Shown here piece by piece: positions 13,210-27,420 of a stretch of DNA of 64,000 bases (its first letter is position 1; each line of letters opens with the position of its first letter). The stretch is from NCBI RefSeq assembly GCF_006345805.1, contig NC_043015.1:42718001-42782000 (forward strand), given 5' to 3'. This DNA comes from Octopus sinensis (taxonomy: Eukaryota). The notes beneath the pieces are model-generated. The model saw nothing but the letters and a program-made list of their open reading frames with translations. It ran no database searches and was not told where the DNA came from. Position numbers and translations under genes: made by a program.

Positions 13210-14830
13210 TGAGGAAAGGAGAGAAGGAGTGAGGGGGAGAGAGGAGGAGAGGAGGAGGAGGAAGAAAGAAGGAGGAAGAGAGAGGAGTAGAGAGAGAATG
13301 AGGAGGAGAGGAGTGAGGGGAGAGAAAGAGGAGGAGGAAAGAAGGAGGAAGAGAGAGATTGAGGAGGAGAGAAGGAGTGAGGGGAGAGAAAGAGGAGGAG
13401 AGGAAAGAAGGAGGAAGAGAGAGATTGAGGAGGAGAGAAGGAGTGAGGGGAGAGAAAGAGGAGGAGGAGGAGGAGGAAAGAAGGAGGAAGAGATCCCATT
13501 GCGTAACTGGTACCTATTTAATCGACCCCGAAAGGATGAAAGGCAAAGTCGACCTCGGCGGAATTTGAACTCAGAACGTAGCGGCAGACGAAATATGGCT
13601 ACGCATTTCGCCCGGCGTGCTAACCACTCTGCCATCTCGCCACCTTAACTAAAAACGTATTTTGTGAAAGAATGTTTTAATAGTTTTGTATTGTTAGAAG
13701 TCGAATTGGAAATTGTTTAATTAGGAATTATTCGGAGAAAAAAGGAAGAAAGAATAAAATGGAAAAAAATGGAAAAAATATTGGCATTGTTTCTTTGATT
13801 GTGCTATTTAAAGTAGGAAATGGTAAAGAGGAGAAAAAAGAGGAGGAAGGAGAAAGGGTGAGAAAGAAGAGGGTAGGAATTGGAGGAGAAGAATATGAAG
13901 GATGAGAGAGAGAGAATAAAAGAGAGAAAGGGAGAGAGAGAAAGAAGGGGGTGGGAATTGGAGGAGAAGGATATGAAGGATGAGAGAGAGAGAGAATAAA
14001 AGAGAGAAAGGGAGAGAGAGAAAGAAGGGGGTGGGAATTGGAGGAGAAGGATATGAAGGATGAGAGAGAGAGAGAATAAAGGAAAGAAGGGGAGAGAGAG
14101 AAAGGGAGAGAAAGAAAGGGAAAGATATAAAGAGAGATTCGGAGAGGGAGATAAGGGGAGAGATGTGGGAGAAAGACAGAGACAAAGAGATGATAAGAGA
14201 TGGGGAGAAAGAGACGGAGAAAGATATGAAGTATGATAGAAATAAAGTGAAAGAAACGCGAGAGAGAGAGAGGAGTGAGAGAGAGAGAGAATGAGGGAAA
14301 AGTGGAAAGAGATGTGGAGAGAGAGAGATAAGGAAAGAGATGAGGGGAAAGAGAAAAAATGGGGAGCGAGATGAAAAGAGAGATGAAGAGACAGATGGAG
14401 CGAAAGATGGAGAGAGAGAGAGAGAGAGAGAGACCGAGAAAGAGAGCGAGAGAGAGAAAGAAAGAGAGCGAGAGAGAGAGAGAAAGAAAGAGAGTGAGCG
14501 AGAGAGAGGAGGGAAGAGAGTGAGAGAGAGAGAAGGGAAAAGAGTGTGCGAGAGAGAGAGAAGGGAAGAGGGTGAGAGAGAGAGAGAAAGAGAGAAATTA
14601 TGAGAGATGGGGAGAAAGAGGCGGTGAGAGGTTGGATGAGAGATGCGAAGAGAAATGGTGAGGGAAATAGGAAAAGAGAGATGCTGAAGGGAGAGATGGT
14701 GATGGTGGTGGTGGTGGGAAGAGATAAAAAGAAAAAAAAACGAGAAAGAGAGAGATGGCGATAGATGAAGAGATGAAAGGAGACAGCGAGTGAGATGGAG
14801 AGAAAGAGGCTGGAGAGAAAAAATAATAAT
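13210..14830. repeat. Two long GA-rich purine tracts (13210-13495, 13810-14830) with internal 55-60 bp repeats
   Basis: Plus strand almost only A/G; the unit gggaattggaggagaaggatatgaaggatgagagagag occurs three times at 13870-14075. Confidence 0.9.
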
Positions 14831-15370
14831 AAAGAGACAGATGGAATTAAACAGGAAAACGCTTGCTTAAAAAGTGGGATTTCGAGGCCCGCAAGCTTTC
14901 CACTTAACTTAAGTGTCTGCTCCATTAAAGTTAGACTAAACAACAACAGCAATAACAACAACAACAACAACAGCAGTTGAAGCGCAATGGCCCAGTGGTT
15001 AGGGCAGCGGACACGCGGTCGGAGGGTCGCGGTTTCGATTCCCAGACCGGACGTTGTGTGTGTTTATTGAGCGAAAACACCTAAAGCTCCACGAGGCTCC
15101 GGTAGGGGGTGGTGGCGACCCCTGTTGTACTCTTTCGCCCCCAACTTTCTCTTACTCGTTGTTCCTGTTTCTTGTCCCCGGACTTCCTACGCAACCGCTG
15201 AGCATGGATGCGCATTCATCCATCTGTCGATGCTCTCGGTGTCGGGGGGGGGGGGTTGACCTGCTTTCTCTTCTGCGGGTCTTACGAATAGCAAAGGACC
15301 ACGTTTCGGACTTCTCTCACTACAGAAGACCGCTTCGCTCAACATCAACATCATCATCAACATCATCATC

Positions 15371-15402
<32 letters not shown>

Positions 15403-16661
15403 CATCAGCAGCAGCAACAATGAAATTTCGCTTCTAAGACTTTGGTCAGTTCGTGGCTATAGTGGAAGACGTTTTTCCAAGCTTCCACGCAACGAGATCG
15501 AACCCGGAATGATGTGATAGTGAAATAACCTTCTGACTACATAACTATGTCTGTGATCATTTCAGGAGATCCGGCTGCTATTTCTTGTAAGTTGAGCGAG
15601 CGCCAGTAAACAAGGACTGTTTCGGGTACAAGACTCAAAGGACCGATTTCCTAGCTTCCGTGGCATATAAGTGACCGACATCACAACATTCACCCCTGAA
15701 CGGGAACGGGACACCATTTTACAGCTGAGCGGGATGCAGCAAAATGAAATGAAGTGTTATGTCCAAGAACACAACGCACCGCCCTGTACGGGAATCGAAG
15801 CCACGACCTTGCGACCGTGGATACAACAATCTAACTGCTAGGCCTTCACAACGCCCTCACAGATCTCTTGAATTATGAGCGCCCCCTTAAGGCGGCGAGT
15901 CGGCAGAAACGTTAGCACGCCGGGCGAAATGCTTTGTGGTATTTCATCTGTCTTTAAGTTCTGAGTTCAAATTTCGCGGAGGTCGACTGTGCCTTTCATC
16001 CTTTCGGGGTCGATTAAATATGTACCAGTAACGCACTGGGGTCGATATAATCGACTTAATCCATTTGTCTGTCCTTGTTTGTCCCCTCTGTGTTTAGCCC
16101 CTTGTGGGTAGTAAAGAAATAGGTATTTCGTCTGCCGTTACGTTCTGAGTTCAAATTCCGCTGAGGTCGACTTTGCCTTTCATCCTTTCGGGGTCGATTA
16201 AATAAGTACCAGTTACGCACTGGGGTCGATATAATCGACTTAATCCGTTTGTTTGTCCTTGTTTGTCCTCTCTGTGTTGGGCAAAAGGCACTGATAAAAT
16301 AAGTGCTAGGTTTACAAAGAATAAGTCCCGGGGTAGAATTGTTCGACTAAAAGCTGTGCTCCAGTATGGCCGCAGTGAAATGACTGAAACAAGTAAAAGA
16401 ACAAAAAGAATAACAGAATCTGCACGATTCGAACTCAGATTATAGAACTAGAATGCATATATTGTGAGGCAGATGTCGAAGCTTTTATTCAGTGGCTCAC
16501 ATGCGGGCCCTTATGGTTTTTGGGAGTCCATATCGTCCTTGAGTGTCCATTTGGTCCTCGGGGGTCCGTATAAGATTTTGTCGTTAAAATTTATGAGTAA
16601 TAAATCACTTACACTTCTACAATACACACATTATTAAAATTTTCTTAAACAATTCCTAATA

Positions 16662-17057
16662 TCTCTCTCTAATATCTCAAGCTGAAGTTGTCTGTGTATG
16701 GCAGGTTTCGTAGCCTTCAACTAACACTATCTCCTCCGAGACCCTGCGGCACAAGTTGACCAAAATTGAGATTATGATAGAAGAAGGCTTGCTCTTCCTT
16801 CCGTCGAAGAAAAAATTCAAATCGGACCATGTTAACACCAAAGATTATTTACATCAAAAAAGTGCTTTTTTTTCTATGAAAATCCCTATTTTTTACGATT
16901 TTTTTAATGCTGTATCGCCATTTTTCGGTGTATTTCAACCAGAAAAATGTTCACTTAAAGAGAATAACAAGCTACACAATGCAAAATTTTTACTTTTCAC
17001 AAATTCCAATTCTAAAGGGTCGAAACAAACCCGAGCAACGCCGGGCGATAATGCTAG
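16662..17057 (+). mobile_element. Non-autonomous Helitron-like element
   Basis: 3' end aaacccgagcaacgccgggcgataatgCTAG|t with a subterminal hairpin (CCCG...CGGG); 5' part ...ctgaagttgtctgtgt. Confidence 0.7.
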
Positions 17058-17602
17058 TTTAGTTACAAAATCGAAGTAGGATGTGTATTTTTATGTACAT
17101 CGAATGGCTATGGAGATCCAGCAGAGAAAAGTATGAATCAAAAAGATCCTTAGACAAAAATGGTTGAGAACTACTGCCCCAACCACAAGGCCACGCACCA
17201 CAGGATTTTTCAAATAAGTTGAATATGATGTTATGTTATTAAGTATGAAGAATTTATTTCAGTCTTTGGACAATTCAGATTATTGATTGGAACTTGATAG
17301 AATATTCATATTTGTGTGACAGCTTTGAGAATCGAACATCTGGTGTCTTTTATTTTTAGGAAAATAGAAAGAAAAAAAAGGCCCCAAAAAACAAACGGAA
17401 TTGCAGAAGATTGTTTAAGGCTATTCATGAGACTTATTCTTTAAAAATATGTTAATACCGATGCGAACAAGTAACATTGTCGTATGGCTGTATGTCTACT
17501 AAAATGGAATGATACGGAGTGGATAAGTATCGTTCCTGCGCCAGGATGATACGCAAATTCGTGAAGCGTTCTACACACACCCACTCACACACACGTGTGT
17601 GC

Positions 17603-17659
<57 letters not shown>

Positions 17660-17952
17660 CGTGACCGACCAGGCTATCAGATGTTGTTACACATCACTTG
17701 TCACAATGCGCTCCACATTGTTTTAGCCTTCAAATGACGCCACTCGCTGGCTAAGCGAGCAGGACAAGAGAAGAAAGAGTGAGAGAAAGTTGTGGCGAAA
17801 GAGTACAGCAGGGGGGGCCACCGCCCCCTGCTGGAGCCTCGTGAGCTTTAGGTGTTTTTGCTCAATAAACACTCACGACGCCCGGTCTGGGAATTGAAAC
17901 CGCGATCCTACAACCGCGACTCCACTGCCCTAACCACTGGGCCATTGCGCTT

Positions 17953-18027
<75 letters not shown>

Positions 18028-18199
18028 GGAGTAAACACATAAATGTGAAACAAGGTGGGAAAAAGAGTACTCAAATACCAGAGGTAGAGTAATATGCTTT
18101 TTTAAAAGCAACAGAAATTTAACAAAAGCTCTTACTCGGAGTTTCACGTTCCCATTCGACGTCCGCTTTTAAATAAAGTATAATATATTAATATATATA

Positions 18200-18275
<76 letters not shown>

Positions 18276-18494
18276 CACATATATACGTTTGATCAAGAGT
18301 AATAGCAAAGCAATTACTATTTGCACTGATGTGAAGAGTGAAGCCATTTGATTGCTAATTATTTCTTAATTAGGCACAATCTATACAATTATCGAGCCGC
18401 AAAGTAGATAAGAAATTACGATGTCCACCGTTGTATAATAAAAAAAAAAAAAAAATAAAATGATGATGATAATAATAATAATAATAATAATAGC

Positions 18495-18545
<51 letters not shown>

Positions 18546-18800
18546 TATTATTATTATTATTACTCTTTTACTCTTTTACTTGTTTCAGTCATTTGGTTGT
18601 GGCCGTGCTGGTGTAGCGCCTTTAGTCGAGCAAATCGACCCCTGGACTTATTCTTTGTAAGCCTAGTACTTATTCTATCGGTCTCTTTTGCCGAACCGCT
18701 AAGTTGCGGGGACGAAACACACCAGCATCGGTTGTCAAGCGATGTTGGGTGGGGGGCAAACACACACACAAACATACACACACACACACCACACACACCA

Positions 18801-18900
18801 NNNNNNNNNNNNNNNNNNNNNNNNNNNNNNNNNNNNNNNNNNNNNNNNNNNNNNNNNNNNNNNNNNNNNNNNNNNNNNNNNNNNNNNNNNNNNNNNNNNN
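18801..18900. other. Assembly gap (100 N)
   Basis: Run of n characters. Confidence 1.
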
Positions 18901-19128
18901 GCGGCGAGCTGGTAGAATGTGACTCATACCGTGCGAAATGCTTAGAGGTATTTCGTCTGCCGCTACGTTCTGAGTTCAAATTCCGCCGAGGTCGACTTTG
19001 CATTTCATCCTTTTGGGGTCGATTAAATAAGTACCAGTTACGCACTGAAGGTCGAGATAATCTACTTAATCCGTTTGTCTGTCCTTGTTTGTCCTCTCTG
19101 TGTTTAGCCCCTTGTGGGTAGTAAAGAA

Positions 19129-19225
<97 letters not shown>

Positions 19226-20715
19226 GTTTCTTTATTAGCCACACAGAGCTGAACACAGAGAGGACAAATTACAAAGTAGAGCTTTTCTTTTTGGGGAGAA
19301 AAAAAAGGGAGGTAGGTTTTCGATAAAAAGGGATCGTAAAAAAAAAAACAGAACAAAAAAGATAGATAGATAGATAAGTAATTAAATGATCGGATAAATA
19401 AATGGTTAAGTAGAAAGACAGAGAGGGAATTAAACCCCTAAAATTTATCGCCTCACCAGGTCTGGGTCTAATTTTTAATACAACAGAGAATATTTGGGTA
19501 ATCATTAAGGCACAAACTGTTTGGAAGAAAATTGGCAAAGTTTGATCAAATTTACGGGGCTCAGAATATAAAGAACATGACAATAAACAGCACGAAGCCC
19601 TAGTTCCAACGAACCAGTGATTCAACCAATACAAGACCGCACCCCATTAATATACAAATATATCCGTTTCTGTCGAGGGCACCTGACCTAGTGGTTAGGG
19701 TGTTGTACACCCGATCGCGAGATCGTGGCTTTAATTCCTAGATTGGGTGGAGGGTTGTGTTCTGGAGCAAAACACTTCGTCTTACGTTCCTCTGCAGTTA
19801 CTTCGACGCCTGAAATTTGGTAAACCGTGCACCTGTTCAAATCATCCGTAAGGTGGGTGAGCTGGCAGAAAGGTTAGCACGCCGGGCGAAATGCTTAGCG
19901 GTATATCGTCTGCCGTTACGTTCTGAGTTCAAATTACGCCGAGGTCGACTTTGCCGTTCATCCTTTCGGGGTCGATTAAATAAGTACCAGTTACGCACTG
20001 GAGTCGATGTAATCGACTTAACCTGTTTGTCTGTCCTTGTTTGTCCTCTCTGTGTTTAGCCCCTTGTGGGTAGTAAAGAAATAGGTATTTCGTCTGCCGC
20101 TACGTTCTGATTTCAAATTCTGCCGAGGTCGACTTTGACTTTCATCCTTTCGCGGTCGATTAAATAAGTACCAGTTACACACTGGAGTCGATATAATCGA
20201 CTTAATCCGTTTGTTTGTCCTTGTTTGTCCCCTCTATGTTTAGCCCCTTGTGGGCAATAAAGAAATAAGAAACGTTAGCACGCCGAGCGAAATGCTTAGC
20301 GGTGTTTCGTCTGTCTTTACGTTCTGAGTTCAAATTCCGCCGAGGTCGACTTTGCCTCTCATCCTTTCGGAGTCGATAAAGTAAGTACCAGTTATGTACT
20401 GGGATTGATCTAATCGACTGGGCCCCTCCCCCAAAATTTCGGGCCTTGTGCCTAGAGTAGAAAAGAATTTTCTTCGCATCGCCAGTTCCCAAGAATCGAA
20501 ACTGCGATCTTTAAATCGTCAGTGGAGCACCTTAACCGCTTGGAAAAGTTCCTTCTCTCTATTGATATATAAACTAATGCAACAAACAGGAGAAAATGGT
20601 GACTTTATTAAATGACCGCAATGATCTCGTTGAAATTTTGATGAGGTTTCTCGCAGATAATTTAACGAATCAACGCCAAAAAAAATACCACAAAGCCAAA
20701 ACAAAGTAACCGTAA

Positions 20716-20749
<34 letters not shown>

Positions 20750-20924
20750 ACTTACACAGACACACGAGACAATAGAAAAGCAGAAACACGGCAAGCATCA
20801 AAATTAAATAAATATAAACAAATGGCACAAAAAAATCAAGCAAAATAATAATTCAAAGCCATCGACTTCAGGTCTTTAATGAGAAAATTAAAAGCTAAGT
20901 TTTGTACATATATATGTGTGTGTG

Positions 20925-20972
<48 letters not shown>

Positions 20973-21026
20973 TGTGTGTATGTGTGTATGTGTGTCTCTG
21001 TGTGTGTGTGTGTGTGGTGTTTGTGT

Positions 21027-21062
<36 letters not shown>

Positions 21063-21631
21063 CCTTATAAGTAACTCTTTTGACGTGATAAATTATCTAC
21101 GAATTTCACATATGGCTGTTACATCAATTTATTTTCAAAAGAAATAGCAAGAAGACAAAAAAATCGTTATTATTATTATTATCATTATTATTATCATTTT
21201 TGTTGTTGCTGTTGTTGTTGTTTGTTGTTGTTGTTGTTGTTGTTGTTATTGTTGTTGTTTTTGTTGTTGTTGTTGTTCTTGTCATTATTATTAGAAATCT
21301 TGCTCTTGACTTTTTGTTTTCGGATTGTGGGTTTTATTAATTGTTTATGTTGACTGTTTGTTGATTTGCGTAGGTGTGTGTGTGTGTCTGCAGATTATCT
21401 CCTGTTTTATGGGCTCCACCTTTTATATTTAATTGTAGAAGTAAATAATATATATGTGTGTATATATATACAGGAGTGGCTGTGTGGTAAGTAGCTTGCT
21501 AACCAACCACATGGTTCCAGGTTCAGTCCCACTGCGTGGCATCTTGGGCAAGTGTCTTCTGCTATAGCCTCGGGCCGACCAAAGCCTTGTGAGTGGATTT
21601 GGTAGACGGAAACTGAAAGAAGCCTGTCGTA

Positions 21632-21669
<38 letters not shown>

Positions 21670-22226
21670 CGTGTGTATGTTTGTGTGTCTGTGTTTGTCC
21701 CTCTAGCATTGCTTGACAACCGATGCTGGTGTGTTTGTGTCTCCGTCACTTAGCGGTTCGGCAACAGAGGCCGATAGAATAAGTACTGGGCTTACAAAGA
21801 ATAAGTCCCGGGGTCGATTTGCTCGACTAAAGGCGGTGCTCCAGCATGGCCGAAGTCAAATGACTGAAACAAGTAAAAGAGAAAAAAAATATATATATAT
21901 ACATTATAATATATATATATAATATATATAATATATATATATGTGTATATACATAATATTATATATATATATATTATATATATATGCATAATATGCATAT
22001 ATTACAACATACTCTTTTACTTGTTTCAGCTATTTGACTGCGGCCATGCTGGAGCACCGCCTTTACTCGAGCAAATTGATCTCGGACTTATTCTTTGGAA
22101 GCCTAGTACTTATTCTAACGGTCTCTTTTGCTGAACCGCTAAGTTAAGGGCGGACATAAACACACCACCATCGGTTGTCAAGCGATGTCGGGGGGACAAA
22201 CACAGACACACAAACATATACACACC

Positions 22227-22268
<42 letters not shown>

Positions 22269-22286
22269 ATTATATAATATATATAT

Positions 22287-22333
<47 letters not shown>

Positions 22334-23249
22334 TTAATCCAAACAAGAAAGCACAAAAAACACAACAACGCGAGGACGTGGAACAAATATAGTATTATTG
22401 GACGCTCAGGAAAGAAGGAGGGTTTAACGTTTCGAGCGGAGCTCTTCGTCGGAAACATAGGAGAACGAAAGATGTAGAGAAGGGAAGACAGAGGAAAAAA
22501 TACATATATACGACGGGCTTCTTTCAGTTTCCGTCTACCAAATCCACTCACAAGGCTTTGGTCGGCCCGAGGCTATAGTAGAAGACATTTACCCAAGTAT
22601 AGATTTTGTTGGAATCTAAATTTTGAATATTACCAGCTTGAATAATCACTTGCGCTATTTTTTTTATTCTGATTGAACAAATTAAGAATTTTGATAAAGA
22701 ACTAAACCGTAGAATTGTAATTGCCGAATTATTCCGCGCAGGTAAAAGTGTTGGGGAGATTGTTAGAGCCATAAAGTATTGCCAAACCTACTGTTTTTAG
22801 AGTTGTAGCCAAGTTGAAGAAAAAATCAGGATAGGCACAGGAGTGGCTGTGTGGTAAGTAGCTTGCTAACCAACCACATGGTTCTGGGTTCAGTCCCACT
22901 GCGTGGCATCTTGGGCAAGTGTCTTCTGCTATACCCCGGCCCGACCACAATGCCTTGTGAGTGGATTTGGTAGACGGAAACTGAAAGAAGCCTGTCGTAT
23001 ATATGTATATATATATATATGTATGTGTGTGTATATGTTTGTGTGTCTGTGTTTGTCCCCCTAGCATTGCTTGACAACCAACCGATGCTTGTGTGTTTAC
23101 GTCCCCGTTACTTAGCGGTTCGGCAAAAGAGACCGATAGAATAAGTACTGGGCTTACAAAGAATAAGTCCCGGGGTTGATTTGCTCGACTAAAGGCGGTG
23201 CTCCAGCATGGCCGCAGTCAAATGACTGAAACAAGTGAAAGAGTAAAAG

Positions 23250-25060
23250 AGTAAAGAGTATGTTCTGAGAAAGCCTCTCAATCCGCGCAGTGACCGAAAA
23301 CGCACACTTTGCTTCTTAGCAGGAATTAAACGATCGATTGAGTCGAACTCATCAAAATCGATGGCGATGTTGGCTCAAGATCGAGGAATCAGTAAAATGA
23401 CCATTTCTAGGGCTGTCAGACAAGACCTCTTTTACTCTTTTACTCTTTTACTTGTTTCAGTCATTTAACTGCGGCCATGCTGGAGCACCGCCTTTAATCG
23501 AGCAAATCGACCCCGGGACTTATTCTTTTGTAAGCCCCCAGTACTTATTCTATCGGTCTTTTTGCCGAACCGCTAAGTAACGGGGACAAAAAGAGTACAG
23601 CAGGGGTCGCCACCACCCACTGCTGGAGCCTCATGGAGCTTTTATGTGTTTTCGCTCAATAAACACACACAACGCCTGGTCTGGGAATCGAAACCGCGAT
23701 CCTCCGACCGCGAGTTCGAGTTCGCTGCCTTAACCACTGGGCCACTGCGCCTCATTATAAAATCGAATCCTAACTACTCGCTCCAAAGCCATTCAAGCTG
23801 AAATAAGTCCCAAACTTCTTAGCCATCTGAAACATCGCGGCGGAGACGTCCGCATCTTCGTGGATGAAAAGAAGTTCTTGATAGACGAAGTTGCAAACCA
23901 TCAAAACTCATGAGTGATAGCGTACGACCCTTCCCAAGTTCCTTCAGCTATGCATAGCAAGAATCTGGCTTTCACTATGGTCGTTGGCGAGTGTAAGTTC
24001 CATCCAACCGCCTCTCAAGCTTCTTTGATAACGTCCAGGTTTCTGAGCCATATATATTTCTTCACTACCCACAAGGGGCTAAACATAGAGGGGACAAACA
24101 AGGACGGGCAAAGGGATTAAGTCGATTACATCGACCCCAGTGCGAAACTGGTACTTTATTTATCGACCCCGAAAGGATGAAAGGCAAAGTCAACCTCGGC
24201 GGAATTTGAACTCAGAACGTAACGACAGACGAAATACCGCTAAGCATTTCGCCCGGCGCGCTAACGTTTCTGCCAGCTCTCTCGCCTTTCTGAGCCATAT
24301 AGTAGAATTGGTTCGACTGTGGATTTGAAGATTTTAAGTTTGAAATCTCTACTTAGATTTGATGACCAGATCTTTGCATATCATTACAGGCTGGCCAGGC
24401 CATACCCTTTCTAGTTAGAAAATCTTTTCCAGGTGATGATATGTATGACCCAAGATATTCGTAATCAGAAACCATATTTAAGAGCATATTGTTGAGAGTA
24501 TGGATGATGAAATCACTGTTGGACAGGCACTTGTGAAGTCTGGCGTAACATAGTAAATTCCATTGTCTCGACCACTGTCGAACAATGATGATATCTATTT
24601 CTTTATTTCTTTACTTCCCACAAGGAGTTAAACACAGATTGGACAAACAAGGACAACAAACGGATTAAGTCGATTATATCGACCCCAGTGCGTAATTGGT
24701 ACTTATTTAATCGACCCCGAAAGGACGAAAGGCAAAGTCGACCTCGGCGGAATTTGAACTCAGAACGTAACGACAGACGAAATACGGCTACGCATTTCGC
24801 CCGGCGTGCTAACGTTTCTGCCAGCTCGCCGCCTTTGTCGAACAATGATGATGATGATGGTCGTTGAAGCTGTTGCAAGAGACAGGAAATAGATGTCTCC
24901 TCATTGTATTGAAGTGGTTCTTAAAATCCATCCAAACAGCAGATTATCTCAAAATCTTAGTAGTTTTGTGCCTTGGATTAGGAAGCATTATGGATGTAAG
25001 TCGAGTTATGTTTGTACAGGACTCTGCACCGACCCATTCTTCGAAAAAATTATACGATAA
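23250..25060 (+). pseudogene. Fragmented IS630-Tc1-mariner transposase (DD37D/maT-like), split by insertions
   Basis: SKSMAMLAQDRGISKMTISRAVRQDL (23350-23420), RIFVDEKKFLIDEVAN (23850-23900), PWIRKHY and VMFVQDSAPTH (24975-25040). Confidence 0.75.
23987..24856. mobile_element. RTE-type LINE copy with an inverted 5' part, 10-bp TSD ATGGTCGTTG, carrying two SINE insertions
   Basis: Minus strand YEYLGSYI...RKGMAW...FKSTVEPILLYGSETWTLSKKLERRLDG; plus strand EVWRNIVNSIVSTTVEQ* plus (TGA)n tail; ATGGTCGTTG at 23977-23986 and 24857-24866. Confidence 0.75.
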
Positions 25061-25201
25061 GAACAGGACATCACCAACGAGTGAAGAATACGTGAACACA
25101 TAATGAGGGACAAATACGGGACAAAATACCACAAGAACTCTAACCCCTCCTCAGTTGTCGACTGTTAATTACTCCCTATTTCGGACCACAGTAAATTTTT
25201 A

Positions 25202-25247
<46 letters not shown>

Positions 25248-25437
25248 TGTGTGTGAAGAACTTTAGTCTAACTTATCGACCCTAGTAGTTAATTACTTTT
25301 TTTAAAGCTTGATACTTATTCTATCGATCTCTTTTTGCCGAACCGCTAAGTTACGGAGACGTGAACACACCAACACCGGTTGTCAAGTGGTGATGGGGTA
25401 ACAAACACAAACACAAAGATACACACACACACACACA

Positions 25438-25552
<115 letters not shown>

Positions 25553-26714
25553 AGAGTTTAAGAAAAAACAAAAGACGAAGACAGGTGGTGTACAAAACAA
25601 ACAGATGTATTAGTATAACGCTCAGGAATAGAAAAAGTCTTTTACGTTTCGAGCCTACGCTCTTCTACAGAAAGGGACACAGAAAGAAAAACAAGGAGAG
25701 AAAAAAGGAGGCTTCCTTTAGTTACCGTCTACCGAATCCACTCACAAGGCTTTGATCGTCCCGAGGCTATAGTAGAAGACACTTGGCCAAGGTGCCACGC
25801 AGTGGGACTGAACCTGGAATCAATATATACCGCGATTGATTCGTTCGATTAAAGCCCTTCAAAGTAGAGCCGTTATTTACCAAGTGTAAAGACAGATGCT
25901 TCGACATTTCTAGTCCGCCAGAGATTTTTTTAAATTTGCATTTAGATCACTAAATTATTCGCTAAACGTCAAACTGCTGACCTCGAAAAAGCTGAGATCT
26001 TCAGTTTAAGAATCTGCTCAGCTTACGCAGCACTTTGGATACTCAGCCTTGCAAACGTAACGTAACAGAAAGATATGCCTGGTTTTCATAAAATATGGCA
26101 TGGAAAATAGCTTTGTTGTTGTTGCTGCTGCTGCTGTTATTAAATAAATTCCAGCTATGGAACTTTGTTTCTTTTGTTACGAAACCAGTTTCTTTTGCGT
26201 AGGAAGAATTGAAGAATACAAAAACAAAAATAAAATAAAATAAAGCAATGAATGATAACTGATCGATCTTCTGAACAAGCTTCCTTTAGAGGGTTACATA
26301 AGAACGCACACGTGCTTATGGTTACGTGGCACGTGTGTGTGTGTGTTGTGTGTAGTGCCTGGTGGTTTCACACTGGCGTGAATAAACGTTGAGTGTACTC
26401 AATACTATTCGGTAGAGTACTATCAGATTATTTATTCAAATCTGAGCGTAGTGACTCACACAGACTCAAATTCGGATAATGTTATACATACACAACACAC
26501 ATATATATATACATATATATACATATATATATATATATAGATATAACATATATATATATATATACATACATACATATATATATACATATGTATTATATAT
26601 ATATATTATATATATATTATATTATATATTATATATATATATATATATGTATATATATGTGTGTGTGTGGTGTGTATGTATGTATGGATGGATGGATGGA
26701 TGTGTAAGATAGAT

Positions 26715-26749
<35 letters not shown>

Positions 26750-26871
26750 TATGCAACACACACACACACAATATCTACAATTACACATATGTGCATATAT
26801 ATATATATATACACATACACATATATAAATACGTACATGCACTGACATACACACATGGTTATACACACACG

Positions 26872-26922
<51 letters not shown>

Positions 26923-27335
26923 CACAAACACACACACACACACACAGAATTCATTCGGCAATCTAATTTCAGAAAATAGAAGTGACAGAGACGTAGAAAT
27001 TCCATTTCTTCGCTGATTTATTCACAGGAACAAAAGATTACAAAATCCACTGGATAGACGAAAAATTACTGCAGTGTTGCGCCCCCTGGTGTACAAACAT
27101 TATCGATATTCTATCAAAGAAAATACTATACGCCAAGATACCTAACAATACACACAGCAACGTGGAACAATGATGGCATTGTTACCGTTTCTCAAGCAGT
27201 CTGTAAGATTCGCATAATGATTCTTTGTGTGTGTGTGTCTGTGTGTGTGTGTGTCTGCGTGTGTGTGTTTATGCGTGTGTGTGCATATATTACATATATA
27301 TATATATTTATATTATATATATAATACATATATTG

Positions 27336-27420
<85 letters not shown>

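Noticed and set aside
13804-14970. 388-aa L/S/F-rich ORF and overlapping R/E-rich ORFs
   Set aside because: Translation of a GA microsatellite tract; no domain motifs or splice context.
18560-19121. ORFs spanning the X run
   Set aside because: Artefacts of the N gap joining two SINE fragments.
19440-19540. Possible Tc1 SPDLNPIENIW motif (SPGLG...NTTENIW)
   Set aside because: Single weak motif without other transposase segments.
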